A stretch of DNA of 64,000 nt from NCBI RefSeq assembly GCF_009914755.1, contig NC_060937.1; one strand, 5' to 3'. The translations under genes were made by a program, and so were the position numbers. The notes under the pieces were generated by a model. It searched no databases and had not been told where the DNA came from. It saw only the letters and a list, made by a program, of their open reading frames with translations. Below are positions 42,170 through 58,126 of this stretch, piece after piece (positions within the stretch are counted from its first letter, which is position 1; each line of letters begins with the position of its first letter). The stretch is from the human T2T-CHM13v2.0 reference genome, Homo sapiens.

Positions 42170-42440
42170 CACAAAGCGCTGAAGGTGAGGGAAGGGACGG
42201 GGGCGGGGCGTGGGAAGTGGGGCTTCTGGCCAGGCTGACGCGTGAAGAACCGCACTCCCAGCCACTTTGAAGCCTGAGGAGTCCTGGTGTTGATCTCTCT
42301 TCTGCTTTGCCGAGGGAGCCAGTCCTGCTTTGGCAGCGAGGATACGCGGAGCCCCAGAGCATGTGTTGCCACAGGCGCACCCCTTCTAGTGATCTTGCAG
42401 TTTGTCTCCTGCCAGCCCCCACAATCTAGGGGCCGAACGG
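42170..42440. promoter_or_regulatory. GC/CpG-enriched promoter- or enhancer-like patch
   Basis: GC box ggggcggggcg, tgacgc half-CRE, raised CpG density outside any repeat. Confidence 0.4.
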
Positions 42441-42657
42441 GGATAAGTGGGAAATAGTCAGAAGGTTCTGCTTTCTCATCCAGCTTAAAAAGAGTTAAGT
42501 GAGAAAAGCAAGGTGCAGGAAAGCGTGTATAAGAAGATCTCAGTTTTGTAAAACAGACCATGACAAGCTGCTCAAACTCCGCATGTGTACGTAAAGGGCT
42601 ATACTGGATTACACACAGATGAAAATCTGGGACACAGGCTGAGTTCTTAAAACTTAC

Positions 42658-42960
<303 letters not shown>

Positions 42961-43704
42961 CCAAGTTACAGGGGCGGGGGTATGGGAATGAGGTGAGGAT
43001 GCTGATAGGAGGGGGGTAGGGTAAGATGTCCATACTAACAGCATTTATCATAGGATCCCGTTCACCTACAACTGGTATTTCTATGTGTATCACAGTTTAC
43101 CAGTTTTACCTACTCTGCTCACCTTTTCCCCAAAAGTACCCTATCTGAAAACATCTCCTGCTGCCAGATACTGAGGGGTAGTTTTTTCGCAAGCCCTTTC
43201 CCTGTATTCAGGGTCAGTGGGGTACAGCTTCTTTTTATGGTATAAGCCCAGTGTGAGCAGAGCCACTTTGCCTCAGGGAAAAACTGTTATTAACTGCTCC
43301 TCTGGTCCACCCTCCCCTCTGTCCTGATCAAGGGGACAGCAGTGAGAACGAGTTTCTCAAAGAGCCTGACTCCTCTTAAATGGATGTGGTGCCCTTTGGG
43401 CAGACAGATTTGTAGGAAGGAGACTTCAGGAGAGCCAGCTGGGAGTGTCTGGGCTGCCGGAGCCCTGGGGTTGGCTGGGCTGTGGGATTTCTCTCATCAC
43501 CCCTTAGGTAGGGGGACAGACTGTGGGAAACATAGCTGGGATCTGAAGATGGAAAGGACAGGGTAGCGTTTTTCAGCTCAACATAAAGGAGAAATTTTCT
43601 AACCACCTGAGTTCACCACTGGCTGAGCCGCCTCTGGGGAGGAGCAGGAGCCTCGTTGCTGGCAGGCTTCAGAGCCTGATGTCAGCTTGGACTACAAGAC
43701 CTGT

Positions 43705-44285
43705 GTCTGTGCTGTCCTGTAAGGTAGCCTAGCCACATGTAGCAGCTAAGTAGTTGAAATGTGGCTGGTGCAACTGAGAAAATGAATTTTTAACTGTAAT
43801 TAAAATTTAAAAACTAAAGCAGTGTAAAAACTTTTTTTCTGTTAAGTGTATTTTCTTGTTCTGATAGGACTTTATTTCACTTTATAAAAAATGTGTTTAG
43901 TATTTTTTTTTAGAAATTGGGGTCTTGCTGTGTTGCCCAGGCTAGTCTTGAACCCCTGGCCTCAAGCGATCCCCTTTTCTCAGCCTCCTGAGTAGCTAGG
44001 ATTAGAAGTGTGAGCCATCACACCTAGATATTTCACTTTAACCATCAAAAATTTCATGGCAGAATTGAGATGTGTAAAATACTAGATCTTGAAAAGTTAG
44101 TATGACAAAAGGATAAAATACTTCATTAATAATTTTTATATTACATGTTGAAATAATATATTGCAAATATTGGGTGAGATGAAGTACATTGTTAAAATCA
44201 ATTGCATGCTTTTTAAAAAATGTGGCTAATAGACAAAGGGAAATTACATATGTGGCTTATGTTGTATTTCTGTTGGATGGTACCC
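43705..44285. mobile_element. hAT-Charlie DNA transposon (MER33/MER3-like) with a FLAM at ~43903-44028 (-)
   Basis: gtgctgtcc...tagccacatgt...ttgaaatgtggct; end aaattacatatgtggct...atttctgttgga; FLAM ggtcttgctgtgttgcccaggctag. Confidence 0.75.
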
Positions 44286-46115
44286 CTCTAAGTCTCTGCC
44301 AACATTGGGAGTTTGTGATTCTGTATAATTGCTCTTGCTCCTGGTGTGGATTCTTGCCTCTTTTTAGATAGAAAGATACTCCATCAACACTTGTGGCTTC
44401 CACGATGGTCACCTGAGACAATCTTTATTGGTGACAATGGTAGGAATCATATGACAAGTGTCCAGACTTTAGAGAAATGACTGGAGCAATTGTGTCTGGA
44501 GCTCTGGGAACTTCTGGTGAAATTTATTACAGGAGTGTTTAGCTTACATGTGCCAAAGCTGGTATTTAAAATAATAGGAAGTTTCTTTTAAAAACCAGAA
44601 TTTGTAACCTGACTTTTATTCACTGCTTTTCTCAAGCACTTAAAGTTGAATAAAAATCGTTCACTGTTCTGTATCATTAAAACATATCCTGAGAAAGGCC
44701 TAGAAACACAGTGGTAGACTCTAAATTAAGTAATAAGATATGCACTTTTAGTTTCCCTAATTACCTACCATTGAAAGTAGGTTGGAACTAAAATAAACAT
44801 GCCGCCTTGAAATGAGAATTAATATGTGCTAGTGCTGCTGGGGAAAACCCTATTAAACAACTGAATTTTAGAATATTTTGCTTTGTCAAAAAACCCAAAG
44901 GCTTTTGTCCCTTTGGAATTGAATCTTCATTTCGAGTTTTTAAAAATTACTTGTTCCATGTGTTTTACAAAGTGCCTTTACTGAGCTATTATGACATTCT
45001 GTTCATTACATATTGAACTCTGTCACATCCTGTGAAGGAAATAACCACCCTCTCTGTTGCTCCTTGAGAAGGCAAGTGTAAACAGTACCATGGTTCCATG
45101 GGGGAAGAGCTGTATTAATTATGGAACATATTGTTGGGAGTTGTGGAGAAGATACCTCTTTGTCATTCCACCAGGGGCAGGTTAGGGGAGATGGGAGGGG
45201 GAAATGGAAGAGTGGAGGGCAGGAGGAAGATGGGGTGGGGTGGGTGGCACAGTAGGATTTAAAACAGATGTCACTCAGATTCCCAATCTAGGCTGTCAGT
45301 CTAGCCCTGCTAGAGATGTTAATCCTGGATCATATGTTTTTCCAATTAGAGGTAAATTCTAATCTTGTTGTATAAGAAATATATTCTCAATTTAGAGTAG
45401 GGTAAATTGAAGACTGATCTCATTATAAATGGAGGCTGCTAGAATCACAGCATAAATTCATTTCCTAGTTCATGATCCCCAAAATAATCAAGAAGAAGTT
45501 ATGATCTGATATCACCTCTTCTAGGGGTAAGGATGAATAGACTGGGACAGAAAAAAATCTGAAAGAGTCTTGAGCAAGTCTTTATTTCTATCTCCAGTTG
45601 GGAGAAGAGGAGAAGGAGAAATGCAACTGAAGCACAATTCCAGACCTTATTATCAGGGCTGGAACGGGGAAGGTGTGGATGTTAGAGCTGAAGCAAGGAA
45701 GACAGTTTAACTATCACCTTTTACAATGAAAGTTTAAAAAGACAATTTATCACCTTTTAAAATGAAAATGCTAAACAGTTTAGCCTAGGCTGTTATCAGG
45801 ACCACAAGTGACATCTCTTTTTAAAGAGATGAAATAAAAACACCGGTGCAGAATACCTGGCCACAAAAATAATCATTTAGCTCAAATTGTGACATTGTTC
45901 TGGACAGGCTAATTCCCATAGAAGGAGTCTAACAGCCTCTCCCTGAGTAGCCCTTAAGGCTCTACTACACAATAAACATGAAGGATCCAGTGGTCCCGTG
46001 GAGGTCCTGGAACCCATCCTCTTGCTTTAAGCTAGGGTTCTACTAAACAAGTGATGTACAATGTAACCTCAAAAACTGCAAGACGGGGGGATTTTCTGTT
46101 TTAGTTCTGTGCTGA

Positions 46116-46444
<329 letters not shown>

Positions 46445-46959
46445 ATGTTCCACTTTTTAAATCTCTCATGAACACATAAGATAGGTATTATTATGTCCAG
46501 TCTGGAAATGAGGACACTGAGTTTAAATAACATGACCAAAGTTAAATAGTCATTGGGCAGAGAAGTTGGGCTCCATTGTCAGGTCTGTATGACTACAAAA
46601 CCAAACTCTTTCCCACTATAGTATGTTGCTCTTATTAAGTTCTTTTCAATATCTAATTAGTATCTTTCCAGCTATAATTTAAGCATGCTATCTCAGTGCT
46701 TGGTCGAAATGGAGCAGTTATTCTCAATTCTCCATTCAAAACCCTTTCATATGTTTGAAAATGGTTACCTCAGCCTTCTTAAAATAAAATTTCTTATCTG
46801 TGTTGCACAAGAGCTATGGAAGAGTGGCCTTCATGTCCCTGAAATAGCTTTGTTTTATTTAATTGACATTTCATATGTAAAAACAAGTCCTGCTTATAGG
46901 AAACCAGCTATATGCTCTGTTTCATTCCTTCCTTCATCTGATGGACTCAATGGAGTAGA

Positions 46960-47334
46960 GATTGTGACCCATGCACTAGGCTGGATGCTGGACATTCAAG
47001 GAGTAAAATCTGTGCTAAGGGATATATAGGGGAGCACCTGGCTCTGTCTGAGCAGGATGGAGAGCACTTCATGGGGGAGGTGTCAGTAGAACTGGGCATT
47101 GAAGGATGAGTAAGAACATCACTCGCAGATGTGGGGATCTTGAGAGGCAGGACGGGTCATATTTGACTATGTGCAAAGTCATGGAAGCTGGTCACACTAT
47201 TATGAGGAGAAGTGGAAGTATTTTGGTATGACTGGAATATAGAGAGTATGCAGAGAAGAAGGACAGGAGATGATTCAGGGCAAGCATCAGATCCCAGAGA
47301 GTTTGTATGTCATGTTCAGGAGCTCATACTTTGC

Positions 47335-47335
<1 letters not shown>
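46960..47335 (-). mobile_element. L2 fragment
   Basis: gaactgggcattgaaggatgagtaag...tgtgcaaagtcatgga...tttggtatgactggaatatag. Confidence 0.65.
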
Positions 47336-48160
<825 letters not shown>

Positions 48161-48839
48161 GAGCAGCAGTATCCAGTTTCTCTTGATAATGAATTAGTCA
48201 TGTTGGAGAGTGGGGGGATTTATCAAGGAAAAGAATAATGAAACAAGAAGGAAAAACAGATTCCCCGCCCCCCGCCGCCAGGCCTTACCTCTGGAGATGC
48301 TCATTCAGAGGGTCTGACAATTTTAGTGGGGGAGTGTTTTGGTAACAAGTTCCCCATGTGAGTCTTTTCATTACAGATGTTGTAACTTGGGTATAGAGTA
48401 CACATACCCTCTTGGGAGAGGTATAGGCACTGTCAGATTTTATGTCAAGAAGTGCCACGATGAAGTTTGTGTTCATAAACATTACTTTGGTGACAATATG
48501 AACAATACACTGAGCCTCAACTACATTTGTAAGGTAGTCCCCTTTTAGGGATACCAAGTAGAGTAAGATGCGGTCCCTAAAGTCAGGTAGTCTGCAATCT
48601 GCTGAAGGAGTTTACAGAAATGTGGGCAAATGGGATCCAGAGGCTGGAGGTTTCATAGCCATGGATGAACTGTTTCCGGGTGGAGGTTCCTGAAAACAGC
48701 AGGGCCTGGCTGATCACTTTTGGTACCCATGTTACTGATGTTATTGTCTGCCCACCTAGAGGCTGATTCTTCAAGTTTTCCATATCTGCCTTCTTCCCTT
48801 ATGTTTCTTTTCCGGTGCTTTGAAAGCTGTTTTACCTAT

Positions 48840-49290
48840 TGTATTAGTTTCCTAGGGCTGCTGTAACAAATTACTCCAAACTTGGTGGCTTAAATCAACA
48901 GAAGCTTAGTTTGTCGTAGTACCAGAGGCCAGAAATCTGAAATCAAGGATTGGCAGGGCCGTGCTCTTTCTGAGGACTCTAGGGGTGAATTCTTTCTTGC
49001 CTCTTTCACCTTCTGGCCACCCTGGAGGCTAGAGGACCCATGTGTTCCCTGGCTTAGCTGCATTACTCCAATCTCTGCCTCTGTCTTTACATGGCATTCT
49101 TCTCTATGTCTCTTTCTTTCCTGTCTGTTATTAAGGACACTTGCCATTTGATTTATGGAGGGCCTAATCCAGGATGATCTCATCTCAAGATTCTTAATTA
49201 CATCTGCAAAGACCCTTATTCCAAATAAGGTCACATTCACAGGTTCTTGGTGAACATATCTTTTGTGGCCATAATTCAACCCAGTTCACC
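48840..49290 (-). mobile_element. MaLR LTR (MLT1B/C-like)
   Basis: tgtattagtttcctagggctgctgtaacaaatta...tacatctgcaaagacccttattccaaataaggtcacattc. Confidence 0.88.
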
Positions 49291-49909
49291 CACTGAAGAG
49301 AACCAGTGGTAAGACTGGTGTTGGGTGGAGTAGTGGGAGAGGTGAGGCTCACCTGACTTGATAGCGGGACTTTTTTACCTCTTTCTGGCCAAGAGGTAAG
49401 AAGTGGGGGAGTTGGAAACATGGGATCTAAGGTGAGCAGATGTGCTAGTAAACACTTCGATGGGAATCTCTGTGGCTCTCACCTCAGCTGGAGTTTTGGG
49501 GTCCACATTGCTGTTTTTTTCTGCTCGCTGTTCCATTTCTCTGCCCGTCTTCCTCTGCTAATCATGGCATATGTAGGTCTTGCCATGTTGCCAGGTCTAG
49601 CACTGATTTCACATGACACCCATCCATTAACCGTATACAGTCTCTGTGTTCCTTGGCTCAGTTCTCAGGGAGCCAACCTGACTGGTCGCTGACAAACCAA
49701 TGGATTGGCTTTCCCCTGGCTTAGGTGTCAACCCTTGATTCAATCAGCTATGGCCAAGGTCACATGATATAAAATGGCTGCCTGGCATACTGCAGTAGGT
49801 TGAAGGATGGCCTCCCCTGAAGATGCTCATACCTTAGTCCCCTGAATCTGTGAATATATTACCTTACATGGCAAAAGGGACTTTGCAGATGTGATTAAGT
49901 TAAGGATCT

Positions 49910-50345
49910 TGTATTCATTGCTCAGGGCTGCTCTAACAAAGTACCATGAACTGGGGGGTTTCCAGAGGCTAGAGGTCCTGGGATCAAGGCTTTGGCCAAG
50001 TTGGTTTCTTCTGAGAGTTGTGAAGGAGACTGTTCACTGTCTTTCTCTAAGCTGCTTGTGGTTTGCTGGAAATCTTTGGGATTTCTTGGTTTGTTGGTGC
50101 ATCCTCTCAATCTCTGCCTTCATGTTCACATTGTGTTCATGTATGTATGTCGTCTGTATTCAAATTTCCTCCTTTTATAAGGACACAAGTAATTATGGAT
50201 TAGGGGCCCATTCTACTCCAGCATGATGTCATCTTAACTAATTACATCTGCAATGACCTTATTTCCAAATGAGGTCCCATTCTGAGGTACTAGGAGCTGA
50301 GAGCTCAACATACGAATTTTGATGAATACAGTTTAACCCATAACA
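49910..50345 (-). mobile_element. Nested MaLR LTR (MLT1B/C-like)
   Basis: tgtatt...cccataaca bounded by 5-bp TSD gatct (49905-49909, 50346-50350). Confidence 0.88.
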
Positions 50346-50371
50346 GATCTTGAGATGGGGGAATTATCTTA

Positions 50372-50730
<359 letters not shown>

Positions 50731-51224
50731 AGTTATAATAATAGAGAGGAAAGAGATCGAAGTTAGAGGGTAGAATGTGAACTAGAAGCAGAGTCTGGAG
50801 TGATGTGCTTTCAAGATGGAAGAAGGGATCATGAGCTGAGGAATGCAGCAGCCTCTAGAAGTTGGGGAAAGCAAGGAAACAGATTCTCTCTTAGAGCCTC
50901 CAGAAGAATGTGGTCCTGCCAACACTTTGATTTTAGAACTTCTGACCTCCAGAATTATAAGATAATAAATTTGTATTATTTTAAGCCACGAAGTTTTGTG
51001 GTAATTTTTTTTATAGCAGCAATAGAAAACTAATACATATCTTTCCACCAGAGGCCATAAATGAAGTTACCAGAGAAACAGCTATGTGCTGGGCAGATTG
51101 CCCCTAAATTTGACGACTATGGGAAGAAAGTTGGAAGAATTACTTAAAAGGGATCTGATATATATATTTCATATTTCCCTATTGCCTGTGAATATAAAAA
51201 AATCCATATCTGTGATAGTTTTAG

Positions 51225-51595
<371 letters not shown>

Positions 51596-52519
51596 TCAGT
51601 TCTTAATAATATAACAATTCATTTTGATATCAATACCTTTTTTTGAACACTTGTCATTTGAAGCCTAAAGAAATATTATTTTTAACCTACTGTATGAGGG
51701 CAGATATTAGGTATTATAATCATAGAACAGGTGTCTTAGAGGCCATCCTGTCCCAACCCTCATTTTACCATAGAAAAAGCTAACAGCAGAATAGGTTTGT
51801 CCAAGACCACTCAGAGAGCTAGTGGTAGAACCAGGACTGGAATGGTGATGTCCTGACCTCTGTGCCATTGTTCTATCTATACTACATTTGCAAATTACCA
51901 GTAATCTCCTGTTTCAACAAATAATCCCATTTCTGAAAGATAGTGATGGAGAAATTACTCCATTACCTTTTGGATGGACGTGTAGTAACTCTGATATCAT
52001 TCTCCACTCAGAAAGGGCTCAGGCAGAGTTGACAAAACTGCCTGAGGCAGCTCAACATGTATACACACACACAGGTCTCCTGGTAGCCTGTGCTTGCTCC
52101 AAGACCAACTACCTATTTTTCACCATGTTCCTGCCTCCTGTGGCTAATGGAAGCTCAAAGGCTTTTTTTTTTTTTTTTTTAAGTCAATGGAGGAGCTCTG
52201 CTCAGAAAAGATTTGAGGGAAATGAAGCAAGGGACTACAGAGAAACAGACCCCAACCTGCCAAGGAGAGGGGCTATTTTTAACTCAGGAAAGGAGGCATT
52301 ACTCTTGAGGGAAAAAATCCTTTGAGCCTTTATTACTGCCTCTTAGAAGGACATTCTTTTATGTTGAGTGTATTGATATGAATTCAGTGCCCATGTCTAG
52401 AACTTTTATTTTCAGAGAGCAAAGGCCATTTTAGTGTTTCTGTTTCTGCACCATTAGTCATATAACACTAGCCTCTCAGAAAAAGTAATACCCTGAGTAG
52501 TGACAGAGATACTTTATTT

Positions 52520-52665
52520 GATTTGGCATCTGAAGAACAGGGTTTGAGTCCTGGCTTTGCTACTTAATAGATGTGTGATCACTGGCAAGTCACTTCACCT
52601 CCCCACATCCAGCTCAGTTTCCTAAGTCTAAAATGCCAGTGGTTGGGGCCTGCTTGTTAGGGTTG
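52520..52665 (+). mobile_element. MIR
   Basis: gggtttgagtcctggctttgctactt...gtgtgatcactggcaagtcacttcacctc. Confidence 0.75.
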
Positions 52666-52742
52666 TTCATTCATCTATTCATTTTTGTTCATTTGTTTAT
52701 TCACCTGCTATCATAGGCACTAAGCTATGTGCTAGAAATGCA

Positions 52743-53069
<327 letters not shown>

Positions 53070-53099
53070 TCATGGAGTGTACTGTATAGTGAAAGAGAC

Positions 53100-53454
53100 T
53101 GTCTTAGTCCACTTTGTGCTGCTATAACAAATACCACAGACTGGGTAATTATAATAAATGGAAATTTACTGGCTCATGATTCTGGAGGCTGGGAAGTCCA
53201 AGATGAAGGGACTGGCCTTGGTGAGGGCCTTCTTACTGCATCATCCCATGATAGAAGGGCAAAGAGTGGGTGACAGAGAGCAAGAGATCAAACTTAAACC
53301 TCCAGCCTTTTTGCAAGCAGCATCACTGCATTCATGAGGTTGGAGCCCCCATGATCCAAACGCCTGCCATTAGGTCCTACCTCCCAACACTGCTGCATTA
53401 GTGATTAAGTTTCCAACACATGCTTTTTGGGGGACACACTCAAACCATGTAGCA
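53100..53454 (-). mobile_element. MaLR LTR (MST/MLT1A-like)
   Basis: tgtcttagtccactttgtgctgctataacaaataccacagactggg...caaaccatgtagca; 5-bp TSD gagac. Confidence 0.88.
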
Positions 53455-53916
53455 GAGACAATGAAGGAATCACATTGAGTGTGTCATTCCAAATTGAGTG
53501 TACATTCTAAATCTAAGGGTTAAGAGCATAGCTCTGTGGGAGAGTACAGCAAGGGAGTCTGACCTACATGAAAGGGTGGAGAGAGAGTAGAGTGGGAAAA
53601 CAGTTTAGGGAAGGGTTCTGTGAGGAAAACAAATTTGAACTTGGAGCAGGTAAATATCCCATTAAAGAGTGGGATTAGTGTGTTCCTAACAGGAGAAACA
53701 GCATGTGCAAATTTCTTTGGTGGGAAGGTGTGCAGTGTGTTTTGGTCAAGAGGCTGAAAAACGTGCCGGCATGACTGGAGCTGAGAGAGTAAGGGAAGAG
53801 TAGTATGAGGGGAAGCTGGTAAAGCAAGCAAGGGCCAAACCAGGTGGGGGTTTTCAGGCCACAGCAACGATGTTCATGTTTATCCTGGTAGCAATGGGAG
53901 ATGACAGAAGATTTTT

Positions 53917-53920
<4 letters not shown>

Positions 53921-53956
<36 letters not shown>

Positions 53957-53965
53957 GTGTGTGTG
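53921..53965. repeat. (TG)n microsatellite
   Basis: About 17 perfect units plus an interrupted extension. Confidence 0.95.
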
Positions 53966-54659
53966 ATGTCTACAAATGAGGATTGGTTGAGAAGGAGACA
54001 GGTTACATGTTGAGAGGCCATTGCAATCCATTGCAATAGTCAAGGCAAAAGATAACAATATGTTCAACTTGGTTGGTGGCAGTGGAGAAGGTGAGGACTG
54101 GATGCTTTTGAGATCTCTTACATATCTATTTAGGAGATAAAATTGAACTTGGAGGTCAACTAGATGCAGGGGGAGATGGAAGGGACAGCTTCCTTGGTTT
54201 CTGATTAGGGGACAGGGTGAATGATGGCAGCATTGTGTGAGATGGAGAACCACGTAGGAGAACCCAGTTTTGCAGTGGGGAAAAAAGATTATAAGTTCAG
54301 TCTTAGATATGTTGGACTTTTGAGACATCCAAGAACTTTTGAGACATCCAAGAGGCAGTGTTAAGTAGGCAGGTAGAAATGAGGGTCTGAAGCTTAGAAG
54401 TGTGGTCTGACCTGGAGATATGAATTGGAGGGTCAGGCGATGGTCATTGAACTCATGGATGTGGATTGAGAAGAAATGACCAGAGAGTTAGGAAGAAAGT
54501 CAGGAGAGTATGTTTCACAGAAGCCAAGGAACGAGTGTTTCAAAAAAGAGGACATGTTTAACACTGTCAAATGCTGCTGACAGGACAGATAGACTAGGTC
54601 TGTTTGATGTAATGGTGGTGATAGCTAACATTACTGGCAACTATTCTAACACATCTTTT

Positions 54660-54800
54660 GTGAATGTAACTCATTATCCTCATTTTCCAGATAAGGAAAC
54701 TGAGGCACAGACAGCATATGTAACTTGCCCAAAGTCACACAGTAAATAATTTGAATTGAGGGAATATGGCTCCAGATCCCATATCCTTAATCGCCACTGT
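54660..54800 (-). mobile_element. MIR
   Basis: cctcattttccagataaggaaactgaggcacaga...taacttgcccaaagtcacacag. Confidence 0.85.
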
Positions 54801-55196
54801 CTGCTGCTCCCTCCTAGTTATGTACAGGTCATTGCTAACTTTGTTGAGAGCTTTTTAGGCTGCATAAATTGGGAAGATGCTAGACTGAAAATTCTTCACA
54901 GGCCTTCATGCTGCAGCCTCCCTTTTCATGAGTTTGAGGCCCTTCCAGTCTGCTAGATCATATAAAATGGCTTTGACGTCTTCCACTATGTGGGAGAGTA
55001 TTTGGTTGCTTCCTGAGCCCTGGTAAGACACAGGGGACTTTGTAAGGCAGATTTTGGTACCCCATAGATATGGTGATTCTATGTTTTAACTTGCCTGTGA
55101 CTGTCTGAGTTTATCGTTTTCCTGGCGTTATTATGAGTAGCTCCCCCTTTCATTCTTAAGAGTGTCTCAGTTTGAATGGTAAATTATATGGTCTCC

Positions 55197-55604
55197 CATG
55201 ATGGTCAGTTTTATGTATCAACTTGGCTATAGTATAGTGCCCAGTTACTCAGTCAGAGATTGACTTGGGTGTTGCTGTGTAGGCATTTTGTAGGGGTGAT
55301 TAAAGTCTATAATCAGTTTACTTTAAGTAAAGAAGATTATCCTAGATAATCTGGATGGGCCTGATTCAATCAGATGAAAAGCTTTAAGAGCAGAATCCAG
55401 GTTTCCCTGAAGAAGAATTTCAGTCTGTGGACAGCAGCATCAGCTCCTGCCCAAGATTTCTAGCCTGACCTTCCTGACAGCCTGCCCTGTGGTTTTTGAA
55501 CTTTCCTAGCCAGTCCCTACAGTTGCATATGCCAGTTCCTTGAAATCAGTGTCTTAACATGTATACCCTGGTTTTGTTTCTCTGGTAGAATCCTGACTGA
55601 CATA
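55197..55604 (+). mobile_element. ERVL LTR (MLT2D-like)
   Basis: tgatggtcagttttatgtatcaacttggct...gggcctgattcaatcag...tgtttctctggtagaatcctgactgacata. Confidence 0.85.
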
Positions 55605-56107
55605 TCTTCCTGCCCATGGAGCCATCCCTGCCTGTGCCACAGTGGCCCAGGGAATTGGGGTGAGCTGGGGTTGCTTTCTTCCAGGGCTCTGGACTGGAGG
55701 CAATGGGAATTTGGAAGTTGTGGGGGATTTTTGGTTGTTATGATGATGGAGGACACTATTGAGACTTAGTGCCCAGGTGCTAGGATGCTAAATGCTCTGC
55801 TCTGCATAGCAGCCCTACGGAACAGAGAATTGTCTTGCCTAAAATACCCATAACACTCCATTTAGAAATATGGGGGCTTTTGTAAAGTGGGAACGGTAAA
55901 AAGAGAGGGCCAAGGGAATTGAGGACTCTGGCAGAGGGTTGCTGACATGAAGGGCGAGAGACCCAGGGTAGGTTAGGAGGGAAGTGAAGAAAGGAAAGCA
56001 CTCATAGGGGATGAAGGAACTGGAGGTCCTAATGGGCTTGACAAATAAACAAGAAAGAAAATAAAATAAATACAGGGGAAAAAATCATAGTAGAGAAAAA
56101 AACAAAA

Positions 56108-56108
<1 letters not shown>

Positions 56109-56147
<39 letters not shown>
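56109..56147. repeat. (CA)n microsatellite
   Basis: About 19 CA units. Confidence 0.95.
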
Positions 56148-56150
<3 letters not shown>

Positions 56151-56438
56151 AAACTATAACTTCTCTGTGAGTATAATGACATAAAAACAAAAAAGTTAAA
56201 ACAGTTTGATTTGCTGGGGGTGGCAGGATTGTGGGTGAAATGTGGCGAGCCCATAAACAAGAAAGGTGCTTGGAGAGGAGGTTGTCATCTTGGAGTAGGA
56301 TGCTGGAATGAGTGATTTTGGAGGTGAAGTAGTTTCCATTGGTGACAAAGTCCATGTGTGACCCCGGAGGTAGGGGGTAGAGGTGAGTATAAGAGTCCAC
56401 AGGGACTTAGGTCAAGAGCCTGACAGATGGGTGATCCA

Positions 56439-56661
56439 CACAACCTCCGCCTCCCGAGTTCAAGTGGTTCTCCTGCCTCAGCCTCCCAAGTAATTGGGAC
56501 TACAGGCACACACCACCACGCCCAGCTAATTTTTTGTATTTTTAGTAGAGATGGGGTTTCACCCTGTTGGCCAGGATGGTCTTGATCTCTCGACCTCGTG
56601 ATTCGCCCACCTGGGCCTCCCAAAGGGCTGGGATTACAGATGTGAGCCACCGTGCCCGGCC
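56439..56661 (-). mobile_element. AluSc-like lacking its 3' end and tail
   Basis: Begins abruptly at caacctccgcctccc; no poly-T. Confidence 0.9.
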
Positions 56662-57814
56662 CACACTACTGTTTTGATGGAGTGGAAGCAAGTCCAAAGT
56701 TGTGAGGAGTAAATAAATGATGGATTGAGAAATTCTCTGTGAACCCTCAGTGGAGTTATTGTGCAGAGCTTCTATAGAAGGGGACCTGTCTCTTTGTGCT
56801 ACGTGTTTATCTGCTTGTCTAGGGGAAGCCAAAGCAGATTCTTGTCACCTTCATTCTCAGTGTTGGGGAAGTATGCTGCTGGAGCGTGGCCTTCACCTTT
56901 TCTATGGCCCCTCTCAGCATCCGAAGCACAGCAAGGTATCACATGATGTGACTGTCACTAGTAAGCTCATGTGACATGACACAGGGAGGACTTATCCAAA
57001 ACAATAAAGGGAACTGAAAGTCAGAAAGCAGAAGTGGCCACATATTAGATTTTGTATGCATTCATGGGTAAGCTGAGATTAAACCACTCAGCATTTGTTC
57101 CTAAGTGCGAAGCCAGAGAGGGCTCTGAGGCAGAAATGCTCAGTGTTCACCCACAACTAGAGTGACCCTGCTGTGATTTCTGCCTTCACAACCATGTGGA
57201 TTTAGTGCCTTCCCCAAAACTTGTTTCTCGTTGAAAGAAGGAGGGTCCAAATGCCCACAGTCACAGGATGATAGATTCAGTACAAAGTTATGGAGACAGT
57301 ATGGGCAGGCATGGCCATGGTCAACCATTGGCCAAAATTCAAGGCTGTGGAACACATAGAGCCTCTATTGAGGAGGGAGCTTGTTCAGACTTTGCTATTA
57401 GGAGACTCTTTTTACTCAGAAGACAAAGCAACATATTCTTTGTGCTCCTTTCTGCATTTCTTCTCCAGCTAAGTGCTGGTGGCTCTTACTGTGAGCTTCG
57501 TGGGTTTCACTAGAGCACTGTGGGCAACTCAGACTGCTGGTCTCTCACAGGACTCCTCTGAGTGATAATTAGATGGTATACTTTATGAGCTCATGGTAGA
57601 CAGTCTAAATGTAATTGTAATAAAGTTTTCTTCATGGCAGCTTAACATACTAAGGATAGGAACATCACTTCTCAGCTAAGGAGCTAAGTGCAGAGAAGGC
57701 CAGTGACTAAAATGAGTTCAACCAGTCAGTGGCTTGGACTGGCTCTGAAGTTGCAGTTGTTGTCTAATGACAATGGTATTTGAGTGTTTACTATAAGTGA
57801 GGTGCTTTGCGTGG

Positions 57815-58126
57815 TTTATTTTGTTATTGTTTTTTATAGAGATAGAGTCTCATTCTGTCACCCAGACTGGAGTACAGTGGCATGATCATAGCTCACTGTA
57901 ACCTTGAACTTCTGGACTCAAGTAATCCTCCCACCTCAGCCTTTCGAGTAGCTGGGACTATAGGCCTGTGCCATCGTGCCTGGCTAATTAAAAAAAATTT
58001 TTTTTTGGTAGAGATAGAGTCTCACTATGTTGCCCTGGCTGGTCTCAAATTCCTGGCTTCAAGTGATCCTTCCACCTCGGCCTCCCAAATGCTGGGATTA
58101 TAGGTGTGAGCCACCACACTCAGCCA
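57815..58126 (-). mobile_element. AluJ within a MIR remnant
   Basis: gatcatagctcactgtaaccttgaac; TSD gc(g/a)tggtttatttt. Confidence 0.92.

Noticed and set aside
51888-52325. 145-aa ORF in unique sequence
   Set aside because: Non-ATG start, reads through a poly-T run, no recognisable motif
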